Positions 1 to 13,319 of a DNA stretch of 58,043 nucleotides are shown one piece after another; positions within the stretch are counted from its first letter, which is position 1; every line of letters begins with the position of its first letter. This DNA comes from Chiloscyllium plagiosum (taxonomy: Eukaryota): the NCBI RefSeq assembly GCF_004010195.1, contig NC_057735.1, positions 40,103,600-40,161,642 on the forward strand, read 5' to 3'. The notes beneath the pieces were generated by a model that worked only from the letters and a program-made list of their open reading frames with translations, searched no databases and was not told the DNA's origin. Both the position numbers and the translations under genes were made by a program.

Positions 1-289
1 TTTTTAATCACAAAGAATGACATATAATGGATTTCATACTTCTCATCTACATGTTGCCCCTAACATCCATAAGAATGGTATTAATTGTCATATGTATATT
101 GAAGGCACATAGACTACTCACTGATATCCCTCTTGACTCTTCCACAGTCCCTAAAGACTGCTTTGCCAGCATCCAGTACCAGATAAGCAAAAACTTGCAA
201 CCAAATATTGAGAAGACTTATCATCTTTGGTTCCCACTACAAATCCCAGTTTTTAAAAATTCATAAATGCATCCTTGTTGCATTGAGAA

Positions 290-2215
290 GGTGATGAACC
301 GCCTAATTGAATTGGTGTAGTCTGTTTGGTGCAGATACATCTGCATTGCTGTTAGGGAGGAGCTCCAGGATTTTGACCCATCAACACTGAAGAAATGGTA
401 TTGTCTTTCCAAGTCTATATGGTGCGTGGCTTAGAAGGGAATATACGGTGCTAGTCCCATGTATTTGCTACCCTTGACCTTCTAGATTTCATAGTCATGG
501 GTTTGGAAGATGTTGTTGAAGGAGTCTTGGTGAATTTCTGCAGTGCATCTTATAGATGATGTATGCATGTTGCTGCTATTGTACGTTGGTGGCGGAGGGA
601 GTGAATGATTGTGGAGATGATGCCAATCAAGTGGTCTACTTTGACTGGATGGTGTCAAACCTCTTGAGTGATGCACCCATCTGGGTGAGTAGTTGCACTC
701 CTGACTTGTGTCTTAGAGATGGTGGTCAGGCTTTGGACAGTCAGGAGGTAAGTTACTTGCTGCAGGATTCATAGCCTCTGATCTCTTCTTGGAGCCATTG
801 CATTGAAATGACTAGTTAAATTCAGTTTCTGGTTAATGGTAACTCTCAAGATGTTGATAGACTGTTAAGGGGCAGTGGTTAGATTCGCTCTCACTGGAAA
901 TGCTCATTGTTTGCCTCTTGGGTGGAATGAATTTTACTTGCCACTTCACAGCCCAAACCTGGACATGGACTGTTTCAGTGTCTGAGGAATGTGAGAGGAG
1001 AAAGATATTAAAAAAAAGGCAATGTTTTTCAACAAAGAGTGGTTCATATATGGAATGAGGAAGTAGTGGATGCAGGTAAAGTTTCATCATTTTAAAAAGA
1101 TTTGGATAAGTACATGAATAGGAAAGTTTTGCATGGATATGGGTCAAACACAGACAGGTGGGACTAGTTTGGTTTGAGAACATGGTTGGTGTGGACTAGT
1201 TGGACCAAAGGGTCTGTTTTCATGCTGGACGATTCTATGACTTTATGAGTTGCGAATGATGCCGAACATTGTGTGATCATCAGTGAACATCCTCACCTCT
1301 GTCCATATGATGAGTGAAAGGTCAATGATGGAGCAGCTTAAGATGGTTAGGCCTAGACACCACCCTGAAGAACTCTTGCAGGGATGGCTTGGAGCTGAGA
1401 TGATTGACCTTTTTATCAACTGCAGCCATCTTCTTTTGTGCTAGGTATGACTATAGGGATTTCCTCTGATTCTTATTGACTCTAGTTTTTCTAGGGCTCC
1501 TTGATGCCTCGCTATTTCAAAGGTGACCTTGATGTCAAGGACCTCTCAATGTCCCTTTGGAGTTCATCTCCTTTGTCCAGTTTTAGAACAAGGCTAATAA
1601 GGTCAGGAGCTGAGAGGCTATGGCTGAACCTAAACTGAATGTCAGTTAACAAGTTATTGCTAAGCAAGTGCTATTTGATTCCGGTGTTCTTGACCGATTC
1701 TTACACATAACTAATGATCGAGGGTAGACTCACTGGGACAATAATTGGCCAGTTTGGATTTAGCCTGATTTTTGTTTATGGTTCATAAGCTGGGCAATTT
1801 TCTATATTGTCAAGGAGATGTCGATGTACTGGAACAGCTTGGCTAGGGGTAATGGCATGTTCTGAAGAGTACATTTTCAGCAATGTCCCCTCTAAGCTGC
1901 ATGGCTATATGAGTGCACAGTTGCTCTGATGTTCTGCATACAGTGATCGGCTTGTCCAAAAGGATTGCAGCATTGACTTCTGGTTCCAGACATTATTGTT
2001 GCTGATGGACCTCTTACGTCCATACAGAAGAGAAAGAAATTAGAAGGAACACTGATCTACAGTACTATTGCCAAAAAGTTGTCGGGGCCCATAGCCTTTG
2101 TAGTATCTGGTGCCTTGAATTAACTTGGCTGAAGACTGGCACCTGTGATGCTAGGATCTCTGGAGGAGGCCAAGATGGATCATCCATTTAGCATTTCTGG
2201 CTGTAGATTGTTGAA
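290..2215 (-). mobile_element. Decayed L2/CR1-clade LINE, interrupted by a CR1 3' fragment
   Basis: Broken RT-like sequence on the minus strand; similar segments recur at 28180-28520 and 32400-32580. Confidence 0.6.
985..1245 (+). mobile_element. CR1-type LINE 3' end nested in the LINE above
   Basis: FFxxRVV..WN-type ORF2 end, followed by gggtctgttt...gattctatgactttatga tail. Confidence 0.7.
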
Positions 2216-2237
2216 AATGTTTTATCTTTTGCCCTGA

Positions 2238-2620
2238 TCATAAAACCACAAGACCAATAGAAATCGTAACAGGAATAGGCCATTCTTAAGCCTGCTCCGC
2301 CATTCAATAGGGTCACAGCTGATCCGACATTCCTCATAACCACTTTCCTGTATTTTCCCATAACTCTTGATCCCCCTACTGATCAAGAACATATCTATCC
2401 CAGCCTTAAATATACACAAGGACTCTGCCCCCTTAGCTCTCTGTGGCAAGGAGTTCCAAAGACTGTCACACTTTGAGTGAATAAATTCCTCTTCATCTCA
2501 GTGTTAAATTAGCACCCTTTATTCTGAGATTATGGTCTCTGGTTCTAGACTGTCCCATGATGGGAAATATTGTCTCAGCATTTACTCTGTTAAGCCCCTT
2601 AAGAATTCTATAGCTTCAAT
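2238..2620 (-). mobile_element. CR1 LINE 3' fragment
   Basis: Minus ORF LPQRAKGAESLCIFKAGIDMFL with CR1 3' UTR; similar to 23280-23500. Confidence 0.75.
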
Positions 2621-2699
2621 GAGGACAGGGATATATATGTACACATACATACAGATATTCTTTTTCATATCTGATAGTGTCAGTCTGCTTTTAGAATCA

Positions 2700-3330
2700 A
2701 TGTCACATTTGACCCTGACATCAGTTTCTGACCATCACTAAGTCTACCCATTGCCACTTCATTAGCTTCACTCAGTCCTGCTCATACCCAGCTCATCCGC
2801 TGCTGAAATCCTTATCCATGCTTTTCCTATGTCCAGATTTGTCTATTGTAACAATTGCTTGGCTGCTCTCAAATTTTACCACACGTAAAATTGAGGTGAT
2901 TAAAAAAACTACTGCCCATGTCCTAAGTCACACCAGGTCCCATTTACCCATTGCTCCTCTGCTCACTGACCTACTCTGTTAAGCAATGTCTTAATTCTCA
3001 TTCTTGTTTTCAAATATCTCCTCATGCCATGGCCCTTCAGTCATCTAAATCGCTCTGACTCTCCAGGATATCTATTCTCCAATTCTGGTCTGTTGAGCAT
3101 CGCTGCTTTTAATAACTCTAGCATTGGTTGTTGGGGTCCTCCTATGTCGATCGTAAGCTCAGGAATTCCCCCATTTAACTTCTCACCATCTGGATCTGTC
3201 TTTCCCTCTTTAAGATGCTTCATAAAATGTATCTTAACTGCCCGAATATCTTCTCAAGTAGCTTGGTGTCAAATGCTGTTTGATAATGCTCCTTGAAGTA
3301 ACTTAGGATGCTTTACTATGGTATATGAAT
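2700..3330 (+). mobile_element. L2-like LINE 3' fragment
   Basis: Degenerate AEILIHAF..SRFxYCN motif; related copy at about 26200-26920. Confidence 0.55.
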
Positions 3331-4035
3331 TATGGTAATGTCCGAATCCTTGGTGAGGTTTCCCAAGGTCCAGTTGTCAAATTCCTGGGTGAGGAGAAGT
3401 TAGAAGAATAAAGATGGTGGTGGTGGTGGTGGAGTAGCAGCCCCCAGGCCCAGGGAATGGTGAGGCCGAGTAAACGTTGAAGGAGAAGGCGTTTGGCAGC
3501 AGCAACGCCAGGGCGAGGTGGACATGACATCATTCCAACCTGGGGTCTCCGGCGAATGAAGAACATGTACTAGGTTTAATCTCCCATTCCAGATTCAGTT
3601 TGAACTGAGGCTGCAGTCCACAGCTAGGCCTGGGCACCTGATGGCGGAGTTGACAACAGCAGTGAGTTTAGTCCCAGTGCAGCATCCTGCGGCTGCATCA
3701 GTGAAGTTGGACAGAGAATGGGGACATTTTGTTCCAGTAGTGGCAGGGTGAAGAAGTGCCATCGGTTTAACAACAGGGACTTGAAGTCCTGGAGTGGGGG
3801 AGTCTGGATCCAGGCCCATGGCTGAGCTAGAAGTGGGAGCTGTTCCATAGACCACCTGACTTTATTGAGATAAAGCTATAAGATGCACTTTGTAATTTAT
3901 TTTGGATGTATATTATGTGCTTTGATTTGTTTACTTTCTGTGTTTGAAGATGGCGCCAGAGAGTGGTTCACTCAATAACACTTTTCACTGTATTTGTACT
4001 AAGTACACATGACAATAAGTAAATCAAATCAAACC
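3330..4035 (+). mobile_element. Probable non-autonomous retroelement with LINE-like tail
   Basis: GC-rich body ending ttttcactgta...tacacatgacaataag(taaatc)n; the same tail type occurs at 41060-41150. Confidence 0.4.
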
Positions 4036-4986
4036 AAGCTAGATGAATTAGCTTACTTCTTTATACACCTGGCCTCTAGCCTCGGTTGGTTGCAGCAAGG
4101 TTACTTTACAAAGGACTCTTTCCTTTGTGGATGACCTTTCTCCCAGACCAAATGAAGTTATGTTTTAAAATTGCCAACTTAATCAGGCCTTTTAGGGCTA
4201 ACAAAGTGAGAGTTTATTCATTACAAAATGTGAGAAAAACTAATAATGCAACAGGTATACATGCTGATAAATAATGAGCAGTGAGACCAAGAAACACTGA
4301 AAGTTAACAGATACACTGGTCAAGCTAATAGTTAATTTGGGAATCTTGGCTTTGTATTTTGGTTCACAGTTCCTCTTGTTTCCTTTTGATGGTAGCTAGC
4401 TGGCAGCACTCAAAATGAGACAGTACATCTTTTGTCCAGTTTCCATTTGATTGGTCTGCTGGCTGGCTGGTTTCTAGCACTCAGACTAATCGAAGGTCTT
4501 TTCCTGTAAAGCAGGGGTGACTCGCGGATTGTTTTTCAAGCATGACCTTCACAACACACTAGAGCTTGAACACAGATTAATACCCAAGAGTATCTGAACT
4601 CACTGGCACATCTTCTTCCACTAGTGTACACAGATTGAGGTTCAAATGGCTTTTGACATTTGTCATTCTGCATTCCTGAAAGGGAAGGCATAGATCATAT
4701 TTCTCACCCAGTTTGCTGTCTTGTTGTCCATCATTTTCAGACTCTAAGAGAATTCCCATGAGATTTTCATGTGAATTTTGATACTAAGCATGTGAGGCAA
4801 TTTTTCAGGAAACTATGTCAAAACCGAGCTGAACCCTGTTCATAGCTAATGATAACACACTCAAGCATTCAGCGGTGGTCAATAACTAGTGACCTGAAGC
4901 AGAAATCTTGGCTTCAGAAATCCCTATATTTTGGTACTTTCAAGGCTTTATGAGGGAGTTTGTGACATGCTGGTACTTTCACTGGA

Positions 4987-5342
4987 AGATTCTGGATCAG
5001 TGGTGCTGGAAGAGCACAGCAATTCAGGCAGCATCCGACGAGCAGCAAAATCGACGTTTCGGGCAAAAGCCCTTCATCAGGAATAAAGGCAGAGAGCCTG
5101 AAGCGTGGAGAGATAAGCTAGAGGAGGGTGGGGGTGGGGAGAGATGCTACTCTCTCCCCACCCCCACCCTCCTCTAGCTTATCTCTCCACGCTTCAGGCT
5201 CTCTGCCTTTATTCCTGATGAAGGGCTTTTGCCCGAAACGTCGATTTTACTGCTCGTCGGATGCTGCCTGAATTGCTGTGCTCTTCCAGCACCACTGATC
5301 CAGAATCTGGTTTCCAGCATCTGCAGTCATTGTTTTTTACCT
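4987..5342. mobile_element. Penelope-like palindromic element with two hammerhead motifs
   Basis: 158-bp inverted arms 4987-5144/5151-5308 (1 mismatch, 6-nt loop); TSD CTTTCACTGGAAGA at 4976-4989 and 5343-5356. Confidence 0.85.
5209..5248 (+). ncRNA. Minimal type-I hammerhead ribozyme motif
   Basis: CUGAUGA (5215-5221), A, GGGC-UUUU-GCCC, GAAA (5235-5238), C, GUC (putative cleavage after 5242); mirror copy on the minus strand at about 5047-5086. Confidence 0.7.
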
Positions 5343-5404
5343 CTTTCACTGGAAGAGTCATCCCAAAAAGTCAGACCAATAATCTAGAGACAAAGATTCA
5401 AATC

Positions 5405-5910
5405 CTACCATGGCATCTGGTAAAATTGAAAGCTGGTTTTAGTGATGGTGCCTGTGAAACTACCATTAAAAACCTTACCAGTTCAGTAATGCTCGTCAGA
5501 ATAGGAAATCCGGTTGCTGGTCTGTCTGTGACTCCAGATCTGTAATGATGTGGTTGAATCTTAACTCTGCTTTTAAATGGTCTAGCACACCAATCAGGAG
5601 AAAGTGAGAACTGCAGATGCTGGAGATCAGAGTCGAGAGTGTGGTGCTGGAAAATCACAGCAGGTCAGGCAGTATCTGAGGAGCAGGAGAATCGATGTTT
5701 CGGGCATAAGCCCTACATCAAGAATCATTCCTAATGAAGGGCTTATGCTCGAAACATTGATTCTTCTGCTCCGCGAATGCTGCCTGATCTGCTGTCCTTT
5801 TCTAGCACCACACTCTCAACTCGAGCACACCAATCAGTTCAAGTGTCATTAGGGGATGTGCACATTAGCTGGCTTTGCAAGTGGCACCCAAATCGGATGT
5901 AAGAATAAAG
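5405..5910 (+). mobile_element. tRNA-derived SINE (same family as 13320-13650), split by a Penelope-like insertion
   Basis: Matches the body of 13320-13650 (tgtgactccag..aatgtggttga..ttaactgc; attagggatg) on both sides of 5598-5823. Confidence 0.65.
5598..5823. mobile_element. Penelope-like palindromic element, decayed hammerheads
   Basis: Inverted arms; TSD AGCACACCAATCAG at 5584-5597 and 5824-5837; mutated core CTAATGA...GAAAC. Confidence 0.8.
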
Positions 5911-6529
5911 GAAAAAACAGCTTTTTCATGTAATAGACCAGTTTTATGACTGGCCTAGATCATAAACCTGTGACAATAGCATTATGAAATCATTATTGTG
6001 TTGTTTGTGCCATCACTCATTATACCTTATTGTTAATAATAGCATATGTTAATGCAATCAGTCATCCAAGTTAATTAAAGTAGTTAGTCGCATAGTGACT
6101 TTTTGAATTGAGCTCATTTACATTCTTTTTGCATAGTGTCATGTAGATCATGTCACTGTCAATGATCATAATTCAGAACCGGTACAGCCAGTTTATCTGG
6201 GTCCAGTGATTCAGCTAAACATGAAGGAATGTTCAAGCAGTAAACAGAGACCGACTGGAACAGCAGCGTGGTATTCCTAGCTGCCACTTTTTAGAGGTAG
6301 AGTTCTGAACTCTCGATGGGTGTATACCTAGAGGTTTTATTCCTTGATCTTTGCCTCCAACTGCACAACCATTTAAATAACCCCTTTATTTGTGCCTAGA
6401 ATTTTAAAAAATAAACCATAGAAAATGAAAACAAAAACACGTTAATGCCTGCACATTTAATTTTCCTCACTGGTTGCACATTGCAGTATATAAGGATATC
6501 AAATTCTGCAAATTTCAGGACATTCCTAT

Positions 6530-6568
6530 TTAGATTAGATTAGATTAGATTAGATTACAGTGTGGAAA
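6530..6568 (-). repeat. (TTAGA)n microsatellite, probably an isolated SINE/LINE tail
   Basis: (ttaga)5 followed by ttacagtgtggaaa, closely matching the SINE tail at 33190-33217. Confidence 0.7.
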
Positions 6569-8589
6569 GTTACAATGGTAATCAGGGTGGCTGGATACTC
6601 AAAAGAAATATGACAACAGAAAAGTGAACTTTACCATAAGTATGGCAGTGCTTTCGAGCATTTCTTATTGGGTGATACATTTCTGTGTTACAATGAATTT
6701 AAATCAATTTTACAGCCCAGAAACAGACCATTCAGCTCACAGGTTTTTTGCCAGTTTTTATACTTCACGTGAGCCTTCTCCCACCTTACATCATCAAACC
6801 CTATAAGCAAATATTTCAATTTTTTTTGTTTCCTTAATTAGATTTCCAGTAAATATTTCCATTAATTATTTCAAGCACTCCATTTGAAAGGGACTAACAC
6901 TGCTCATGATAGGGAGTTCCACATTCCATCTACTATCTGGGTAAATAATTTCCTGAATTACCTATAGGATTTATTACTGATTAACTTATATTTATGATCT
7001 TGATATTAACAAGTGTGGACACCTCTATATTTAACCTCCAAACCATGTCAGAATTTCAAAGATCTCTATCAGGTGACCGTTCAGTCTTTTATTTTTTACA
7101 GAAAACAGCCTGAGCCTGCATTGCCTTTCCTAAATGCTGTACCCTCTCAAAGCTGGTAACATGCTTGTAAATCATTTTTACACCTTCTCCAAAAAGAAAA
7201 TTTGGGCCTGAGCTTTTCCATCAGTTTTCCTTCAGAGATCAGGATTGTTTCCAGTTTGGGAATACAGACATGGACTGGTTGGGACTTCTGGTTTGATCTT
7301 CTGGTAGGTTAAAAGGGGAAAAAGAAAGTAAAACTGATCAGAGACATACTGCTCTTGTATTCTTTATAATGGTGAATCAATATGACCAATACATTTATTT
7401 TCAAGTATTAATATCTTCTAACTTTTCTTTCCTTCCAATGAATAGCTCACATCCAAGATCACTACTGGGGATGATGAACAGTCTCCGATTACAGCTGTCT
7501 TGCCATACCATTCAACACAGACACAAAGTCAAGAGCTTGTTGATTTGCCACTTCAGTGTCATCAGTTGTATTTTTTTCAGGGGTTTGTTGTTTTACAAGT
7601 CTGAGCCTGAACACATTGCAGCTCTCGGCAATGCCAGTCTCTGAGCATGGTTGTCATAGCTGCCAGCGTGTCTCAGTGAAATCAATTGGGACAGTCTTTG
7701 CTCAGGAGTTGCTGACACAATAAGTCAAAGGCAGCATCCAAAGCTAGTCCAGGCCTTGCTTGAGGTATTCAGAGTCAGGATCCTCTGTTCATAAAGGGTA
7801 ATGAGCCAAATTACAGGCAGTACACTACCTTTCTGCTATTGCGGCATGAACTAAGAGAGAGGCAAGTCTTACAGGGGATGAAAGTAGTTGGCTCAGCTAA
7901 AACTTTCGTGTACATGGTGAGAAAGTGAGTAGGCAGCACAGTGGGCATGTGTGGTGAGTATTGTCAGGTGTTGGCGAAGGGGACAGCATGTGAGGACAAT
8001 GTTGCAGACAATAGTGAGAGTGGTAGAGCATGAGACTTGGTTTGAGATGGATACAGTAGTGGTGATAGTGAGTGTGAGGTCTCAGAGAGAGAAGGTGGTG
8101 ACATCTACACTGGTGTAGTGGAAAAGAACACTGTGCATTCTTCCAGCTGGCTTCATCTGCTTTAACCTAGCTGGCACTCTCAGCCAGACTGGCACGTGAC
8201 TTCCACAGCTGGTGCTGAAAGAGGAGGGTGTATTGTGTGGCACAGCCCAGTCCTTCCCTGCAAAGTGGTGTGCTGATTTCCCCCATGCCTGCAGATAATG
8301 TCAGGAATTGTGCAGGCCAGTACTGGACTGACTGTGCTTGTTTAGATGCACAACGAGTTTTAAAGATCGTACAGGACCAAGTGATGCCAGTGAATTCTGA
8401 CATATCTGATGGTTAACAAGTTGTGAATGATAAGGTGGACCCAGAATTGGATGTTAGGCATACCGAAGGAGTGTGATAGGTCATTAATGAGGCAGGTTTT
8501 GCAACGTAAGGCCAAAAAACATGATGTAACTCGCACTTAGTCAAACAAAATGCAAGATTCAGCCCATAAAGTATTATATCATGGAAAGA

Positions 8590-11500
8590 AGGCCTGCAGC
8601 CAATCATATATGTGTTATTCATCAAGGACAAGTTGACTGTAACCCTCTTTTCCAGCACTTGCCCCATAGCCTCGAATGCTATGGACTTCAAATGATTATT
8701 TAAACGGTTCTTAAATGTTGTGATGGTTCCTACCTCTATCACTCTTTTGTGCAGGGAGTTCCAGATACCGACTGGGTGAAAAACTGTTTTTGTATTCCCC
8801 TCTAAACCTCTTGCTCTTTACTTGAAATCTATGGCCCCTGATTATTACTAAGAGGAAACGTCTCTTCCTATTTTTCCTATCTATGTGCTACATAATTTTG
8901 CATACCTCAATCCGGTCCCCCCTCATCCTTCTCTGCTCTAAGGAGAACAACTCCTGCTTATTGAATCTCACTTCACAAATGAATTGCTGCAGCTCAGGCA
9001 ACATCCTGGTGAATTTCCTCTGTACCCTCTCTATTGCATTCACATCCTTCCTACAGTGTGGTGACCAGAACTGCATACAGTATAGCTATGGCCTAATTAA
9101 TCTTATGCACAGCTTCATCATAACCTCCCTGCTCTTGCATTCAGTACCTCGAATAATAAAGGTAAGTATTGCTGGCCTTCTAAACCACCTTATCCACTTG
9201 TTCTTCGATGATCTGACAACAAGCACATCAAGGTCCCTCTGATTCTCCGTAAGTCTTAGAGTGTTTTCATTCATCATGTACTCCATTGCCTTGTTAGTCC
9301 TCTCAAAATGCATGACTGCATACTTCTCAGGATTAAATTTCACCTGCCATTATTCTGCCCGACTGGCCTATCCTTCTCTATTGTCCTGTAGTCTATTATT
9401 AGTCTCTAATTATTTGCCACACCACCAGTTTTTGTGTCATCTGTGAATTTACTGATCAGACATCCCATGTTCATATCTAGTTCATTACTGTACATTACAA
9501 AGAAGGAGGAATCCAATGCCCACCCTGTTTTTCAACATAGAACACAAGCTTCCAGTTACAAAAATAACCTTCAATCATCACACTCTGCTTCCTGCTAGTA
9601 AGTCTGTTTTGGATTCATGGGCTTTTACCTTGACCAATATCTCATGTGACCCCTCACCAAAGCCTTACCACAGTCAATGTAGACTCCATCTGCTACACAA
9701 CCTTCATTCATGCCTCCAGTCACCTCCTCAGAAAATACAACTGAATCTGTCCGATATGGTCACCCCCTCATAAATTATCCTGATTATCCTTGATTAATTC
9801 TTGCCTTTTCAACTGGAGATTAATTCTGTCCCTCAGAATTATTTCCAAAAATTTCCCAATCAATGAGGCTTGACTCATTGGTCTACAGTCCCTGCTTTTT
9901 CCCTAACAACCCTTTTTGAATTATGATCCCACATATAGTGTCCTCCAGTCCTCTGGCACATCTTCTGAGTCCAGAGAGGATTTGAAAATTAATGTTAGCA
10001 CTTCAGCAATCACATCCCTTGCCTTCCACAAGGATACATCTCATTTGAGCCTGGGCATTTATCCAATTTTAAGCCTGCTTAAATCATTCATATCTCCTTC
10101 CTCTCAATTACAATTTGTTTAATTTTATCACAGTTATCTTCCCATTTTTCTTTGCCTGCATTGTTCTTCGCTGTTGTCAAAGTACTCATTTAAAACATCG
10201 CCTATGTCTTCCTGCTGCCACTGTTTGCCACTTAGCTCCCTAATGGGCCTAACTCTTTCCCTGGTTATCCTCCTGCCCCTAGTGTACTTACAAAATACCT
10301 TAGGATTTTCCTTTACTTTTCAAGCTAGTGTTTTTTCATGCTGCCTCTTTGCTTGCCCAATTTCTTTTTTAAGTAACTTCCTGCACTTTCTATATGCCTC
10401 TAGGGCTTCTGATGTTCTGAGCTCCTGGTATCAACCATAAATTTCCCTTTCCTTCCTTATCCAATCCTGTACATTTCTCAATATCCTGATTTCTTTGGCA
10501 TTTTTGTTCCCACTCTTTACCTTTAAAGGAACATGTTGGCTCATTTTTGAAAGACTCTCACTGCTCCAATATAAATTTTCCAACAAGTGGTTGTTCCCAG
10601 TCCAGTTTGGCCAGATCCTGTCATATCATATTAAAGTTAGCCTTCCCCCAACTCAAAACCTTTTTTTCTTGTCTATCTTTGGCCTTTTCCACAATTAAAT
10701 TTTACTGAATTATGGTCACTTCCACCGAGACAAACATTTACTGTGCATAGAGGACCATCAAACCAGTGAAAGATGCTCTTTGATCTGCTTGAAACTTGTT
10801 GGTCTTCCAGAGCAAGGAGATTCAGTCACCTGAGCCATCTTTCATTTCATCTGGAAGCCTATGATAGACTGAGTCTGCAGGAACTCCATGTACGCAACTC
10901 TAGATAAAGTGGGAAGAACATACCCAACTTTGCCCTTATTCTGGTGGCCACCTTTGTGTGCGGCTGCATCAAGCTGTGCGTAGATCCTCGATACACAAAG
11001 TGTCACCACGTTCTGAGGTTTTATCTACCCCCAGTGTTGCGAAGGATGGGACTGGCCTTGCTGCCATGGTGCGGTCCTTCATCAAGAAATTTGCAAAGAA
11101 AACCATCTTTGACGACCAATCCATTAGGAAGTGGTCAGCACACAGCATCCTTGAAACCCTGAGGGAAAAGGAGATATGGGTCCTGTCGTGTGGTTCCCTG
11201 AGCAGACTGTCAAAGTCATTTAGCAGAATGCCGCATCACCAGAACTTTCTAACAAACACCAAGACATCGCTTGACTGGTGGTGAGCAGGGCACTACCTGT
11301 GAGATGCTTTATGTACCGCTGGTCGGTCTGTGCCACCACTCATTCCCTCAAAGTCACACATCTCCTTCTGGAATGTGCCATTGTAAAGGAAGTCTGGAGG
11401 AAGATGCAGCGGTTTGTGTTGAGGTTCATCCTGAGTAGCTCTGTGATACAGGACTCGGTGCTGTGCAGTCTGTTCCCTAGAGCGCAAACTGAGACAAGCA

Positions 11501-13170
11501 CCAGTTGTGCCTGGAGGACAATGAACTCAGTGAAAGATGCTCCCTGGTCCGCTAGAAACTTGTTGGACTTCCAAAGAAAGGAGTTGGCCCCAACCGAATG
11601 TTGCAGACTGGGACATTCCAAGGTCCAGGACTACATGCTGAGAAATGCACTAAATCTTGGGGCAGCTGCTGCCAAAGCTGAGGTCTTCCTGCTGAAGGTA
11701 AATAGGGGTCCATTCAGTTATCAGATCCTCCTAGTGTCTCAAATACATGCAAATATTTGTATTGTATGTGTAAGAGAAGTATTTGGTTTTTTGGATAGAG
11801 TCAAAGTCCAATGTTTTGTTTATTGACTTGATATGCAACTGTACAGAACCGAACTGCTTTTATGACAATGTATAAATACAAAGAGATCTTTTATAAATAA
11901 AGTATATTTTTGAAATAGTAAAAAACAAGTTGACTTCGACTGAGTGTTCCACACTGGAACGTTCCAAGGTCCAGGGTTATGCATTAAGGTATGCACTGAA
12001 GCTTGAGGCAGCTGCTGCCAAGGCTCAGTTGGAAAACGCCACCATTTGAGGTCTTTCTGCTGAAGTTAAATTGGAGACTGTTCAGCTATCGAAACTCCTG
12101 ATGCCTCAAATGTATGAAATTATAGTATGTACAAGTAAGAAATGCCTTGGGCCTATTTGTTCACCAGATGTGAAGACTACTGCTATCGTGACTATATATG
12201 TATATAAAGGTATTTTTTGAATAAAGTATTTTTTTAATTAAAAAACCTTCTAATTAAAAAGATGAATTTAAAAGATCTCCCAGGTACATTTTAAGAATTT
12301 CACCACGTTTAAGCTTTTCATACTTTGTCTGTCCCAGTTAATATTGGGGAAATTGAAATCCCTGACAATGATTGCCCTATTATTTTTACTTTTCTCTGTA
12401 AATTGCCTACATGTGCGCCCTTCTATCTCTCTCAGACTGTCTGGGGGTCTACAGCACACTATCAACAATTTTAAGTTCTGCCGAAATAGCTTCATCCCTC
12501 CTTATTGCAGTAGTTGGCTCCTGGATCAATATTGAGTTGCCAGTCATTTCCTTGTGTTTTAACTTGACTTTATTTGCTCTGTCTTCCAGGCTCTCCATTT
12601 GTCTGTGAATCACTTACTAGTGTATCTCTACTTTTGATTCATTCCCCTGCCAAATTAATTTAAACCCTTGCCAACGGCATTAACAACCCCCACCCCTGGA
12701 AGGATGTCGGACCTTTTGTGGTTCAGGTGCAACCTGTCAGATTTGTATAGGTCCCACCTTCTGCAGAAACAGCCCCAGTGTTCCAGGAATCCAAGCCCAC
12801 TTTCCTACCTCGATTCATTGCCACATATTCATCTGTTGCATCGTCTATTCCTATATTGATTAACACCAGGAGTTATCCAGACAGAACAATCTGATGCCCT
12901 GCTTTTCAACCTGCTGCCTAGCTCCTTAAAATCTTGTTGTAGGGCCTGTTCCTCTTTCCACCTACACCACTGGCACCAATGTGGGCTATGACCTCTGACT
13001 GTTCACCCTCCCCCTTCAGAATGCTGTGCAGCTGTTCTGTGACATTCTAGACCCTGGACTTAGGGAGGTAACGCACCATTCTGGAGTCACATCTATGGCC
13101 AGGGAGAAACCTGTCTGTACCCCCTCACTATTGTATCTCCTACCAAGACAGCTTTTCATCTCTCTGTGCT
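8590..13170 (-). mobile_element. Long decayed CR1 LINE (ORF1 esterase-like, EN, RT), interrupted at 10722-12245
   Basis: Minus-strand fragments QFWSPHCRKDVNAIERVQRKFTRMLPEL and IVRDFNFPNINW; SDHNSV at the 10700-10720 junction. Confidence 0.8.
10722..12245 (+). mobile_element. L1/Tx1-clade LINE 3' fragments, two nested copies
   Basis: ORF 11278-11826 has a C-terminal zinc-knuckle-like VTHLLLEC..VKEVW; two AATAAA plus A-rich ends (about 11896-11925 and 12219-12245). Confidence 0.7.
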
Positions 13171-13319
13171 TACCCCCCTTGCCCCTCCTTGCGTAGTTGG
13201 ATTCTGACAACAGGCCCCAGAGAAACTGTCAGTCTGGGGTGAATGAACTCATGTCAGACAGGGTGACAGTGAATTCTTGAACAGTTCACAAAGAGCCTTG
13301 ATGCAGTAACATGTGGATT

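Noticed and set aside
3330-3566. ORF with a poly-His run
   Set aside because: Comes from a short (TGG)n repeat inside a probable repeat element; no splice or homology support.
4987-5342. Classical MITE or pre-miRNA
   Set aside because: Long variable TSDs, an asymmetric extra tail, hammerhead cores and the link to a GIY-YIG-like ORF favour a Penelope-like retroelement.
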